Of a DNA stretch of 64,000 bases, positions 28,332 to 37,502 are shown piece by piece. The first letter of the stretch is position 1. Each line of letters starts with the position of its first letter. Below the pieces are notes generated by a model. The model was given only the letters and a program-made list of their open reading frames with translations, was not told the origin of the DNA and did not search any database. The DNA lies in IMG/VR virus record IMGVR_UViG_3300026518_000010; one strand, written 5' to 3'. Source of the stretch: an uncultured virus (IMG/VR IMGVR_UViG_3300026518_000010) (lineage: Duplodnaviria; Heunggongvirae; Uroviricota; Caudoviricetes). The translations under genes and the position numbers were made by a program.

Positions 28332-31300
28332 TTATTTTAATTTAAATATATCACTAGTAAACGGTGGGTTTACATACATATCTTTATCAAAGATAATACC
28401 TCTTTGAACAGCTCTTGATTGTTTAATAATATCACCGAATTGAACTCCTCCATCAATATCTATATTTTCAGCAGGTAACACAGATATATTATTAGGAATA
28501 CTAATGTTGCTAATTTCTTTATCTAAGTTAAAATTAAACTCTGTTTTAGCTTTAGACATTAGTAACTCTATATCAGATTCTGTTAAATTAGTATTATCAA
28601 AGAACATAACTTCTTTAACTCTTATTGATGTATAGAATTCTTTACCATTACGACCATTAAATTGGTTATTACTAGCAACACCACCTATATACATATAATT
28701 ACCTCTTAAACCGACATAGTAATTACTTACAGGATTTCTTCTATAATCAACTCTTACTCCATTAACAAACATCTCAGTAACTATATAACCGTCTTCTAGT
28801 CTATAATTGAATACAATATGATACCATTTATTAGTTTTAGGCGTTTCAAAGTCAAATGGGTTTATAATTATATTTCTAATACTTCCTTTATTACCGTCAG
28901 AATTTCTATAATCTAAATAAAATCTATTCTGATAAATACCAAATCCAAACCCATTTGAACCACCACCATCATTAACTAAAACAGCACTATTTTCACCAGA
29001 TTCCATACTAATCCAACCAGCTACGGCTATATTTCTTTTTATAGGGCCTAAACCAAATGGACTATCTGTTAACTGTAAGAAATGTTTATTAGCTTTTTCG
29101 AATAGCATAACTTTACCCATTCTATAGTCGTCTATAATTTTACCTTTAAATTGTTTAATTCCAACATTACCTTCTGCTGTAATTTTACCATTTTTATCTA
29201 CATAAACTCTAGCAACTTCTTTTTGATTAAATGCTTTAAATTTATTTTCAATAACATTGATATTCATTTTTTCTGGAATCATATTTTCCATTCCAGTAAT
29301 AATATTATTTACTTTTGATACAGGTTTATTAATGTAGAAATTATCAACTTTAGTATCAAACTTTTTAAATTCATTACTTAATTCAGTAATTTCAGATTCT
29401 GTAAGTAGTCTATTATATACCCTAGCATTAAACATTTGAGCGTTAATAAGTGAATAAAAAGTAGACGTATAATCTATTCTACTCATAAAACTGAAAACAT
29501 TATTATGTTTATAGCTATTAATTAATCTACCAGCATTTCTATTTAACTTAAATGCTTTATCACCATTAATAAATACAGTATATTCACTTTTAATTAAATC
29601 ATTAGTAACTGTTATATTATAAAGTTTTTTAGATTCTAATTTTTTAATGTTTATCCAAGTCCAGTCAGCTCCTGCTGCTATTTGTAAAAATCCATTATTT
29701 ATCGCTAACTCAGAAATTTGATTACCTGCATTATATAAGGTTTCTTCATTACCTACTTTATTAATATCTGGAATATAAAGATTAAAACTAATAGTAAATT
29801 TAGAATTTAAGTTAACAGTTACTTCTTTAGGTAATGTCATATAGTCTTGACTAGTATTAGAAAAATTAAATCCAATTAATCCATTATCTAATTTAGAAAC
29901 AATAGGTTTATTAGTACAATATACTGGTTTACCTGTAATTCTATCAGTTAAATCTTCATTAATTAAACCATGAAATACTAAACCATCAGTAACTAAATCA
30001 GTTTTAACAGTAAAATCATCTTTACCACTTGTTAAAGGTTTTAAAGCTTTTGGCTTAACTTTATAAGCTAATTTAATAGATTCGTCTAATTGTAAATTTT
30101 CTACTTCCGTTTCAAATGTAGTTTCAACATTTTCGTTAAGTAAATATTTAATCTCTGCCTCATTCAGACTTCTAGTAAATAATTTAAATTGTTTTAAACT
30201 ACCATTAAAAGACGCCCATTTATGATTACCATTATTACTGTATCCACCACCTATTCCTATATAGTTATTCCAAGTTTGTTTTAATGTTTTAGGAGTTTTA
30301 AATGTTTTATCATATACTTTTTCTCCATTAAGATTATGTATGATCATTCTTAAAGCATTAGGGGCATATTCAAAATAACCAAAATACCATTCTTTTTCTT
30401 TTAGTCCAGTCCAACCAGAATAATTAAATTCTCCAAAATCATCTCTACCTGCGTGTATGTAAAGACCATAAGCATTACTATATCTAATCCACCAATCGAA
30501 TCCATTACTTGCTTTAGGTACTCCATCAAAATCATTACCAAATAACACAATGTTAGATGATAATTCATCTATTTTAAACCAACTTGTAATTGAAAATGTA
30601 ACTGGTATCTTATTAGGAGTTTGTGCGAGTATAATATCGTTTCTAGTTTTAAATGTTAAACAATTTCCTTTTACAGAATCATTATCTATAATGTTAGAAA
30701 ATACACTGTCAGCATCTATAAGTACATTTGAATTTCCTATATTTAATAAATTACCAGTTAAAGGCATGTTTATTAAACATTTACCATCTTTAAATGGATC
30801 AGCTTCTAAATTACCTAATTTAACAATACTAGGTTTTTTAATCTCTACTTCTTGTCCATTAATAAATACTTTACCTTGTCCAATAGGACTAGTAGAAATT
30901 AACTTATTATCTTTAAAATCAACAATATCAATAGGAGCTATTTCAGTATTCACTATATCATTATCCATAGAAGTATTTAAAATCATTTCAGCTTCAAAAG
31001 GTTTAGCTATAAATAAAGGTTTACTCGGTAAGTTTAAACTTGAAATATTAGCTTTAAATAAATTAAAATACTTAGCATTGTATAATGCATCTATTTCTTC
31101 TTCACTTAACTGTCTATCAAATATAGCCACATCTTTCATAAGACCTTTAAAAATTGTACTAGGATGATCGCCAAAAATACCTATTCTATTTATACCAGAT
31201 AAATATTGGCCTTTATGTTTTCCTCCTCCTACTAACTTGTTATCTACATACAATTTACTTTCTTTTGTTGTAGTATTATGCACCCAAACAACATGTCTCC

Positions 31301-32012
31301 ATTTTTTATCTTTACTAGTAAATGGTACTTTCACATCCACATCGTCTCCCCAGAATCCTAATCTCATAATTCCAGGTCCACTAGAAGATAAAACAAAATG
31401 TAAATTTTCATCAGTAGCATCTTTATTGTTACATCCTACAATAGTGGCATGTCCACCTTTAGGCCAGTCATTACCATTTAAATTTATCCAAGCTGAAATA
31501 GTAAAATCTCTTTTAGACATATCCATACCATTAGTAAGTTTAATAAATGTATTACCATCAAAATTACCTACTCTACCTTTAACAACTCCGCCAGTATAAG
31601 CTGCTGATCTACTTTTAATACTAACATTACCTTTACTATCTACTGATTTATAAAACCAATTACATCCGAGATTATTAGTTAAACTTCTATCAGTATTATT
31701 AAACGTAATAGCTAATCTACTTTTATATATAAAATCTACACTTACTTTCTCAACATCTAAATTAGTTCTTTTCTTTTTAATTTTTTTATCTTTATCCATA
31801 TAAATAATATCTACTTCTTCTCCATTAGGAAAATTATAAGATAAATTTACTAATTTGTTATCAGATTTATAATTAGACACATTAGCTAAATTAATAATTC
31901 CTACATTAATTTTACTATTTTTAAATTCTAAAAAATCTTTTTCTCCTGGTTGTTGAATTACCGGAGTTTCTAAATAAACAGCATTTTTCATATTACTTGT
32001 AATTGTACCCAT
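28332..32012 (-). CDS. Tail fibre / receptor-binding protein with multiple LamG (concanavalin-A-like) domains
   Basis: Repeated FTISAWI...WRHVV...LYVD...FDRQLSEEEI-type units; start moved to MGTITS. Confidence 0.8.
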   Translation of the reverse strand: MGTITSNMKNAVYLETPVIQQPGEKDFLEFKNSKINVGIINLANVSNYKSDNKLVNLSYNFPNGEEVDIIYMDKDKKIKKKRTNLDVEKVSVDFIYKSRLAITFNNTDRSLTNNLGCNWFYKSVDSKGNVSIKSRSAAYTGGVVKGRVGNFDGNTFIKLTNGMDMSKRDFTISAWINLNGNDWPKGGHATIVGCNNKDATDENLHFVLSSSGPGIMRLGFWGDDVDVKVPFTSKDKKWRHVVWVHNTTTKESKLYVDNKLVGGGKHKGQYLSGINRIGIFGDHPSTIFKGLMKDVAIFDRQLSEEEIDALYNAKYFNLFKANISSLNLPSKPLFIAKPFEAEMILNTSMDNDIVNTEIAPIDIVDFKDNKLISTSPIGQGKVFINGQEVEIKKPSIVKLGNLEADPFKDGKCLINMPLTGNLLNIGNSNVLIDADSVFSNIIDNDSVKGNCLTFKTRNDIILAQTPNKIPVTFSITSWFKIDELSSNIVLFGNDFDGVPKASNGFDWWIRYSNAYGLYIHAGRDDFGEFNYSGWTGLKEKEWYFGYFEYAPNALRMIIHNLNGEKVYDKTFKTPKTLKQTWNNYIGIGGGYSNNGNHKWASFNGSLKQFKLFTRSLNEAEIKYLLNENVETTFETEVENLQLDESIKLAYKVKPKALKPLTSGKDDFTVKTDLVTDGLVFHGLINEDLTDRITGKPVYCTNKPIVSKLDNGLIGFNFSNTSQDYMTLPKEVTVNLNSKFTISFNLYIPDINKVGNEETLYNAGNQISELAINNGFLQIAAGADWTWINIKKLESKKLYNITVTNDLIKSEYTVFINGDKAFKLNRNAGRLINSYKHNNVFSFMSRIDYTSTFYSLINAQMFNARVYNRLLTESEITELSNEFKKFDTKVDNFYINKPVSKVNNIITGMENMIPEKMNINVIENKFKAFNQKEVARVYVDKNGKITAEGNVGIKQFKGKIIDDYRMGKVMLFEKANKHFLQLTDSPFGLGPIKRNIAVAGWISMESGENSAVLVNDGGGSNGFGFGIYQNRFYLDYRNSDGNKGSIRNIIINPFDFETPKTNKWYHIVFNYRLEDGYIVTEMFVNGVRVDYRRNPVSNYYVGLRGNYMYIGGVASNNQFNGRNGKEFYTSIRVKEVMFFDNTNLTESDIELLMSKAKTEFNFNLDKEISNISIPNNISVLPAENIDIDGGVQFGDIIKQSRAVQRGIIFDKDMYVNPPFTSDIFKLK

Positions 32013-32025
32013 TGTATATCCTTTA

Positions 32026-32622
32026 TTATTTATTAAATCCAATTAATGTTTCACTATATCTTTGAAAATCATCATTCACAAATTTAAAATCAAATTCTTC
32101 AGAAATATTATTTTCAGGCTGAATAGTAAAATCAAATTTAGATTCCATTTTACCTGGTTGTTTTAATTTTAAAGAAACTGTTACAGGTCCTTTAATTATT
32201 TTCTTTGGAACAATAGCTATACCGTCTTTTAATTTTTCAATATCGATATTAGGATTACTACTAACATAATCTAAATCAAAATTTTCTAAATTTTTAAACG
32301 GTATAAATGTTCTATTAAGATTTTCTAATTTTACAGATTTAGTTTTAAAATCTATATTCGCACCACTTATTTTATTAACATCAATAATAGGTTCTGGTGT
32401 TTTAATATAATCAATAACATCTCCTATTCCATTAGTATAATCCATAATAAGATTAATTTTACTACCATCTATTTTTAATAATTTTTTTACTTTACCACTA
32501 TCTACAAAAATTTTTCTATTAGGGTTATGTAATTTTTGTTTTATTTCTTCTAACTTTCCTGGATCGTTTTCAATATCTTCTGTTACCGTATAAGGCACAT
32601 TTAATATATCAGATAAAAACAT
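32026..32622 (-). CDS. Tail-fibre-associated hypothetical protein
   Basis: 198 aa in fibre cluster. Confidence 0.6.
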   Translation of the reverse strand: MFLSDILNVPYTVTEDIENDPGKLEEIKQKLHNPNRKIFVDSGKVKKLLKIDGSKINLIMDYTNGIGDVIDYIKTPEPIIDVNKISGANIDFKTKSVKLENLNRTFIPFKNLENFDLDYVSSNPNIDIEKLKDGIAIVPKKIIKGPVTVSLKLKQPGKMESKFDFTIQPENNISEEFDFKFVNDDFQRYSETLIGFNK

Positions 32623-32693
32623 CTTATCTCCTTTTATAATATAAATTAAACACTATTTGTGCTTCATAACAAATAAAAAAATAGAGAGACAGG

Positions 32694-33116
32694 TTATTTA
32701 CCTGCTTTCTCTACTATAATTTTAGCAATTTCCGCTTGTCTATCAACTATTCTATTCATAAAATCAAAACCTTCTTCTTTGATTTTTAAATCAAGGATAG
32801 TTTGTGTTTTTTCATAGTAAGCCATTGTTTCATTAACTGCGTTTTCTAAATCTTCAGGAATAACTTTTCTAAGTTCGTCTTCCATTTTATTAGCTTTCAT
32901 TACGTTTACTATTAAAGTAAATAATCTATAAATCATAGATGTGTTTGCTAATGATAATTTAAAACCATCTGCGATAGCATCTTCCATATCATAAATTTCA
33001 TCTCTAATATCTTTTCTAATTTGCATTTTTGCATCAAAAGGTCTTTCTTCATTAACCTCTTCAAAACTTTTCTTAACTAATAAACCATCTCTTGTTACTT
33101 TTTCTTCTAATCTCAT
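32694..33116 (-). CDS. Hypothetical helical protein
   Basis: 140 aa, AAGGA RBS. Confidence 0.7.
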   Translation of the reverse strand: MRLEEKVTRDGLLVKKSFEEVNEERPFDAKMQIRKDIRDEIYDMEDAIADGFKLSLANTSMIYRLFTLIVNVMKANKMEDELRKVIPEDLENAVNETMAYYEKTQTILDLKIKEEGFDFMNRIVDRQAEIAKIIVEKAGK

Positions 33117-33227
33117 TATACATCCTTTCTATTGTTATAAAAGGAAAGGTAAGCATCCTTTCCATAAAGTTGATTTAATCAGAGCTTCTACTTCCATATC
33201 ATTTAGTAGAATACCACTTCTTGTTTA

Positions 33228-34091
33228 TTAACTATTTGTTACAGCATTAGCTACATACCAACTTCCATTATTAGCAGAATATCTAATTACAATATAAAAC
33301 CCATTTACATCACAAGTAAGGTCTTCATTTTTACCATTAATTTTCTTACCATTACCTGTAATTGTAACAGGATTATTTTGTGCATTATAATTACCGTCCA
33401 TTACATAAATCATATCTTTATCAGATGGATTATTAGGTAATGTTAATTTAAAAGTATCTTTTAAACTATCTACTGTATATCTGCTTCCAGGTACTGCTGT
33501 AACATTTTTATCTACAACAATAGGTATTAGACTATCTTCAACTTTAATAGCTTTGTTATTAACAGAATTAATGCTATTCTTAACTTGTGTTAATCCTGTA
33601 TCTAATTTACTATTAAGTGTCGATATGTTTGACTTATTTAAAGTAGAATCTATTTTAGCAGAGCTTATATCATCTTTAATTTGTTTAATTTCCGCATTAG
33701 TTTCTGTTTTTAATGTGTTCATAATAGCTGTTACATCATCTTTAGTATAATATTTACTAAAAATAGCTTCAAGCTTGCTTGCATCACCATTAGCCGAAGA
33801 AACTGCGTTTTCTATTTGTTTAATATTTTCAGAAACATATTGTTTAATAGTATCCCTGGACATAGTTTTACTTTCAACAAGTTTTGTAACTGTTTCTAAA
33901 TCAACCGCATCTTTTTTAATATTAGCTAAATGTATAGCCAAGTTATTAAGTTTAACATTTCTAACTGTACCGTCATCTTCAACTATAACAAAATCTACAT
34001 TTTGTGCAGTTTCAGTATCTAAAATACTAGCAAGAACTCTACCTACATTAACAATATTATCATTAATATTCTTCCAATTTACTTTATTCAT
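33228..34091 (-). CDS. Tail-fibre adaptor-like protein
   Basis: N-terminus paralogous to 37503-41297; coiled coil; C-terminal YTVDS...LTLPNNP...NNPVTI..NGKKING domain typical of fibre/baseplate proteins. Confidence 0.65.
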   Translation of the reverse strand: MNKVNWKNINDNIVNVGRVLASILDTETAQNVDFVIVEDDGTVRNVKLNNLAIHLANIKKDAVDLETVTKLVESKTMSRDTIKQYVSENIKQIENAVSSANGDASKLEAIFSKYYTKDDVTAIMNTLKTETNAEIKQIKDDISSAKIDSTLNKSNISTLNSKLDTGLTQVKNSINSVNNKAIKVEDSLIPIVVDKNVTAVPGSRYTVDSLKDTFKLTLPNNPSDKDMIYVMDGNYNAQNNPVTITGNGKKINGKNEDLTCDVNGFYIVIRYSANNGSWYVANAVTNS

Positions 34092-34107
34092 TTTACATCC
34101 TTTCTTA

Positions 34108-34440
34108 TTAATTAAATAATACTATAATTTGTTTTATTAAGACATTGATGATGCTATCCTGGTAAGCTATCAAACAAATGCCGATACCGGGTAATAGCGA
34201 AAATAATATATCACTTACCTCATTTTTATGTTCTTTTTCTTCCAATGTTAATAACGCATCTTTAATAAAAAATACCGCTATAATTATTAACATTGATAAG
34301 ACTATAGAAACAACCTTTTCTATAAATACATTTAATACCATAAATGATAATAAAAATACCCAAAAACCATAAAAAAAATTATTTAATTTAGTTCTAGATA
34401 TTAAATTATCTATGCTAGTTATTAATTTCATAATGTTCAT
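34108..34440 (-). CDS. Membrane protein
   Basis: Three hydrophobic segments. Confidence 0.65.
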   Translation of the reverse strand: MNIMKLITSIDNLISRTKLNNFFYGFWVFLLSFMVLNVFIEKVVSIVLSMLIIIAVFFIKDALLTLEEKEHKNEVSDILFSLLPGIGICLIAYQDSIINVLIKQIIVLFN

Positions 34441-34516
34441 CTCCTTTTATAAAATTCATTAAATAAAAATAAATAATAAACTAATAGAGGATAATCCTCT
34501 ATTAGTAATATTTATA

Positions 34517-34993
34517 TTATGCTGGTTCACCAGAATCTTTATCTACGCTTGGTGTTGGTTCATTAGTTTCAGTGTCTTCACTTACAGGTTGTTCTTCTTG
34601 CATCATTTTTGCAATTTCTTCAGAATTTAACTTAGACATCATTTCTTGTTGTAATTTTTCTCTAGCTTTAAGTTCTTCTTCTCTTTGTTTTTTAGCTTCT
34701 TCAATTTCTTCTTTAGTAGGAAATGCTTTTACGATTTTACCAAATACTTCTTCTTCAGTATCAGTATCTTTAAATCCAACTACATTACTATATACTGCTT
34801 TAATCCCTTCTGGAGATGGTGCTAGTAATGTTACTACTAATTCATTTTCTTCTTTAGTTTCACCTGTTGAAAAATCTTTTGTTACAACGCCATTAAATAC
34901 TTGTACTTTAGCTGTAAATGCTTTAATATCTTCTCCACTTCTAATCACAAACGCTTCTACTTCCTCTAACATTTTTTGTTTAATGTTTTCCAT
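34517..34993 (-). CDS. Acidic hypothetical protein
   Basis: Likely start MENIKQ behind AGGAG. Confidence 0.7.
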   Translation of the reverse strand: MENIKQKMLEEVEAFVIRSGEDIKAFTAKVQVFNGVVTKDFSTGETKEENELVVTLLAPSPEGIKAVYSNVVGFKDTDTEEEVFGKIVKAFPTKEEIEEAKKQREEELKAREKLQQEMMSKLNSEEIAKMMQEEQPVSEDTETNEPTPSVDKDSGEPA

Positions 34994-35093
34994 TATTCTT
35001 CTCCTATATTTATTTACTAGATACTCTAGTTCAGCATAAGACACAATTGAAAAAAAAATATAATAAAAAAAAATAAGATAGGGAACCCCTATC

Positions 35094-35282
35094 TTATTTT
35101 TCGCAATATGTAACTTTACCAACTTGTGTAGGAGATTTACAAATATAAACTTCTTTACTTGTCTTACTTACACATTTACCATCTTTATAAGTAAGACACT
35201 TACTTAATTTAAGTTCACTACTAGCACATCCAGTAAAACCAGCAATAGCTCCTATAGCTAAAATAGCAATAATTTTCTTCAT
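35094..35282 (-). CDS. Small lipoprotein
   Basis: MKK plus hydrophobic helix and lipobox FTGC; four further Cys; flanked by terminators. Confidence 0.75.
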   Translation of the reverse strand: MKKIIAILAIGAIAGFTGCASSELKLSKCLTYKDGKCVSKTSKEVYICKSPTQVGKVTYCEK

Positions 35283-35314
35283 CTATCATCCTTTAATATA
35301 AACTTTCAATAAAA

Positions 35315-35344
35315 AAAAAGATATTGGAAAACCAATATCTTTTT
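35315..35344. terminator. Intrinsic terminator
   Basis: AAAAAGATATTGG/CCAATATCTTTTT inverted repeat. Confidence 0.75.
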
Positions 35345-35382
35345 AATTATAGACTACCGGAGGCCAACCAAAACAAACCATT

Positions 35383-36162
35383 TTAATTAAATACTCCCAA
35401 AACATATTCTACTGTAGTATTAGCTGTAAAACTATCTGCTTTAGATAATATAGCATCTATTTTATTAACATCTGTTTCTAAATAAACTTCTTGATCAATG
35501 ATGTCTTGTATTTTACCTCTTATAGCATCTATTAGTAAAATAAATTTATCAACTTCCTCTTCCCATAGTTCTCCTTTTTCAATAATAGCGTTAACTATCG
35601 ATTCAGAAGTTGTATTATTTAATTTAGCTTCAAGATCAAATTTTTCATAATTACCAGTTTCTTTAGCTTTAAGAGCTAAATTATATTTAATTCTATATCT
35701 TTTAATTTGTTTACCTGTAAGATTTCTTTTTTTAGCGATATATGCTTCTGCTTTAGATTGTTTCTCATCAGCAATAAACTGTACTTTATCTTTAAGAAAA
35801 TCTTTAACTTGTTCCAATAATACTACTTTATCTATTAGATCTTCAACAATTGTTTCATTTTGATTTTCTTCTTTCCATAAGTCGAAACTTGGTCTAATTA
35901 AACCATGATCTAATTTGCTCTGACATTCTTCTTTTAAAACATATTCATTTTCTTCGTTAAAAGTATAGCATTCAGGTTTAAATTCATATACTTCTCCATC
36001 TAGATCATGAACTACAGCTACATATTCTAAGAAATCTTCACTGTATAATTCATTATACTTTTTTCTAAATTCTTGTTCTAGTACTTCTTGTTTTTCTATC
36101 ATTTCTTTAGATAGTAACATATTAAAATACTCATTTCCTGTTAAATTATAATTGTAACTCAT
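35383..36162 (-). CDS. Putative tail-fibre assembly/chaperone protein (paralog of 27354-28226)
   Basis: Motifs shared with paralog; last large gene of fibre operon. Confidence 0.55.
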   Translation of the reverse strand: MSYNYNLTGNEYFNMLLSKEMIEKQEVLEQEFRKKYNELYSEDFLEYVAVVHDLDGEVYEFKPECYTFNEENEYVLKEECQSKLDHGLIRPSFDLWKEENQNETIVEDLIDKVVLLEQVKDFLKDKVQFIADEKQSKAEAYIAKKRNLTGKQIKRYRIKYNLALKAKETGNYEKFDLEAKLNNTTSESIVNAIIEKGELWEEEVDKFILLIDAIRGKIQDIIDQEVYLETDVNKIDAILSKADSFTANTTVEYVLGVFN

Positions 36163-36164
36163 TT

Positions 36165-36650
36165 TTATTCTCCTTCAAACTTAGGAAATTCTACAATATT
36201 AAAATCAGTTTGTTCTTTAAACGCTTTATCGTAATTAATTTTATTTAGATAAACCCATCTAAATTTTAAATTACATTTAATTAGATTTTCAATATCACCT
36301 CTAATACCCTCATCTATCGTATTAAGATAATCACTTAACTTACCATTATCAAAACTAACCATACCATCATTAATTAATTTATCTAGATTCTCTATGTTAT
36401 TTAATTTAACTCTTAAATATTTATCCATAGAAAAATCTATAAATCTGTCAATTTGAGGATATAATTTCTCAGCTTCTTTTACACCTAATTCAAATTTTTC
36501 ATTATTTGTCATAATTACTTCAAGTTCTACTTCTTCTTCTGTTAAATTTAAATCGAGTAGAATACTTTTTGCCATTTCTAAAGCAGTTTTTTCATCCCTA
36601 CCAAAAACTTCTAAAATAGTATCACCACTTTTCTTATTAATAATTTTCAT
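36165..36650 (-). CDS. Tail-fibre-associated hypothetical protein
   Basis: 161 aa in fibre operon. Confidence 0.6.
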   Translation of the reverse strand: MKIINKKSGDTILEVFGRDEKTALEMAKSILLDLNLTEEEVELEVIMTNNEKFELGVKEAEKLYPQIDRFIDFSMDKYLRVKLNNIENLDKLINDGMVSFDNGKLSDYLNTIDEGIRGDIENLIKCNLKFRWVYLNKINYDKAFKEQTDFNIVEFPKFEGE

Positions 36651-36664
36651 AGTTAATTCCTTTA

Positions 36665-37447
36665 TTAAATAGTTGTTGTTCTTTGAGGTACTGTTAACCC
36701 ATATGCGTTATAAATTTCAACAGGTTGAACTCTTAGTAATGCAACATAAACTTCAAATGGTTGTCTGCAATCAAATCCCATAACAAAATTAGAAGATGAT
36801 AAACTATTTGTAGTTCTACTAGTTCCAACGATTGTGTCAATTTTATACCAACCTTGTGGAGCAACGTCAGTTATAGACTTATCTACTATAAATCTTCTAG
36901 GCATTCCCTTATAACCAGAATCTGTACCAAAACCTACTTTACCACCTTTAACAATTTTTATATAACCTTGTAATCTTACTTTATTTAATACAACAAGACT
37001 ACTATCAAAACTAACTGCTAAAAAGAATCCAGTATTATAATATTTAGCTTGCGAACCGTCATATGTTAATTTTAATATATGACCGTTAGAGATTCCTCCC
37101 CAACCTCCAGCTAAACCACCTCTGATAATTCTAGGTCCTTTATTATATCTACCATAAAAATAAGGATGATCTTTAGTAGCATTTTCTGGATCACTTGCAT
37201 AAGAATTACCTTTAGATGGTACATATGGACCTTCGAAACCCTTAGTATATGGATGTACTGCCTCAATTTTAACATTACCTCTAGCATGGTAATGAATAGG
37301 TTTACCATCCTTATCTAATTCCTGTACAAAAGAATCTATTAAAAAATTATCTCCTATAGGCGTATAAATAGATTCATTACCACCTATGCCTTCATTTACA
37401 GTAATAGCATTATTGTTTCCTGTGCTAATAATGTCTTTCAAAATCAT
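36665..37447 (-). CDS. Gly-rich beta-structured fibre tip / receptor-binding candidate
   Basis: 260 aa, Gly/aromatic rich, downstream of large fibre gene. Confidence 0.55.
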   Translation of the reverse strand: MILKDIISTGNNNAITVNEGIGGNESIYTPIGDNFLIDSFVQELDKDGKPIHYHARGNVKIEAVHPYTKGFEGPYVPSKGNSYASDPENATKDHPYFYGRYNKGPRIIRGGLAGGWGGISNGHILKLTYDGSQAKYYNTGFFLAVSFDSSLVVLNKVRLQGYIKIVKGGKVGFGTDSGYKGMPRRFIVDKSITDVAPQGWYKIDTIVGTSRTTNSLSSSNFVMGFDCRQPFEVYVALLRVQPVEIYNAYGLTVPQRTTTI

Positions 37448-37502
37448 CTTTTTCTCCTTCTTGTATTAATTTATAAAAAAAAATAGATAGAAAATCTATC
37501 TA

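Noticed and set aside
33185..33212. TTCTACT...GTAGA resemblance to a Cas12a repeat
   Set aside because: Single copy, wrong loop length, no cas genes.
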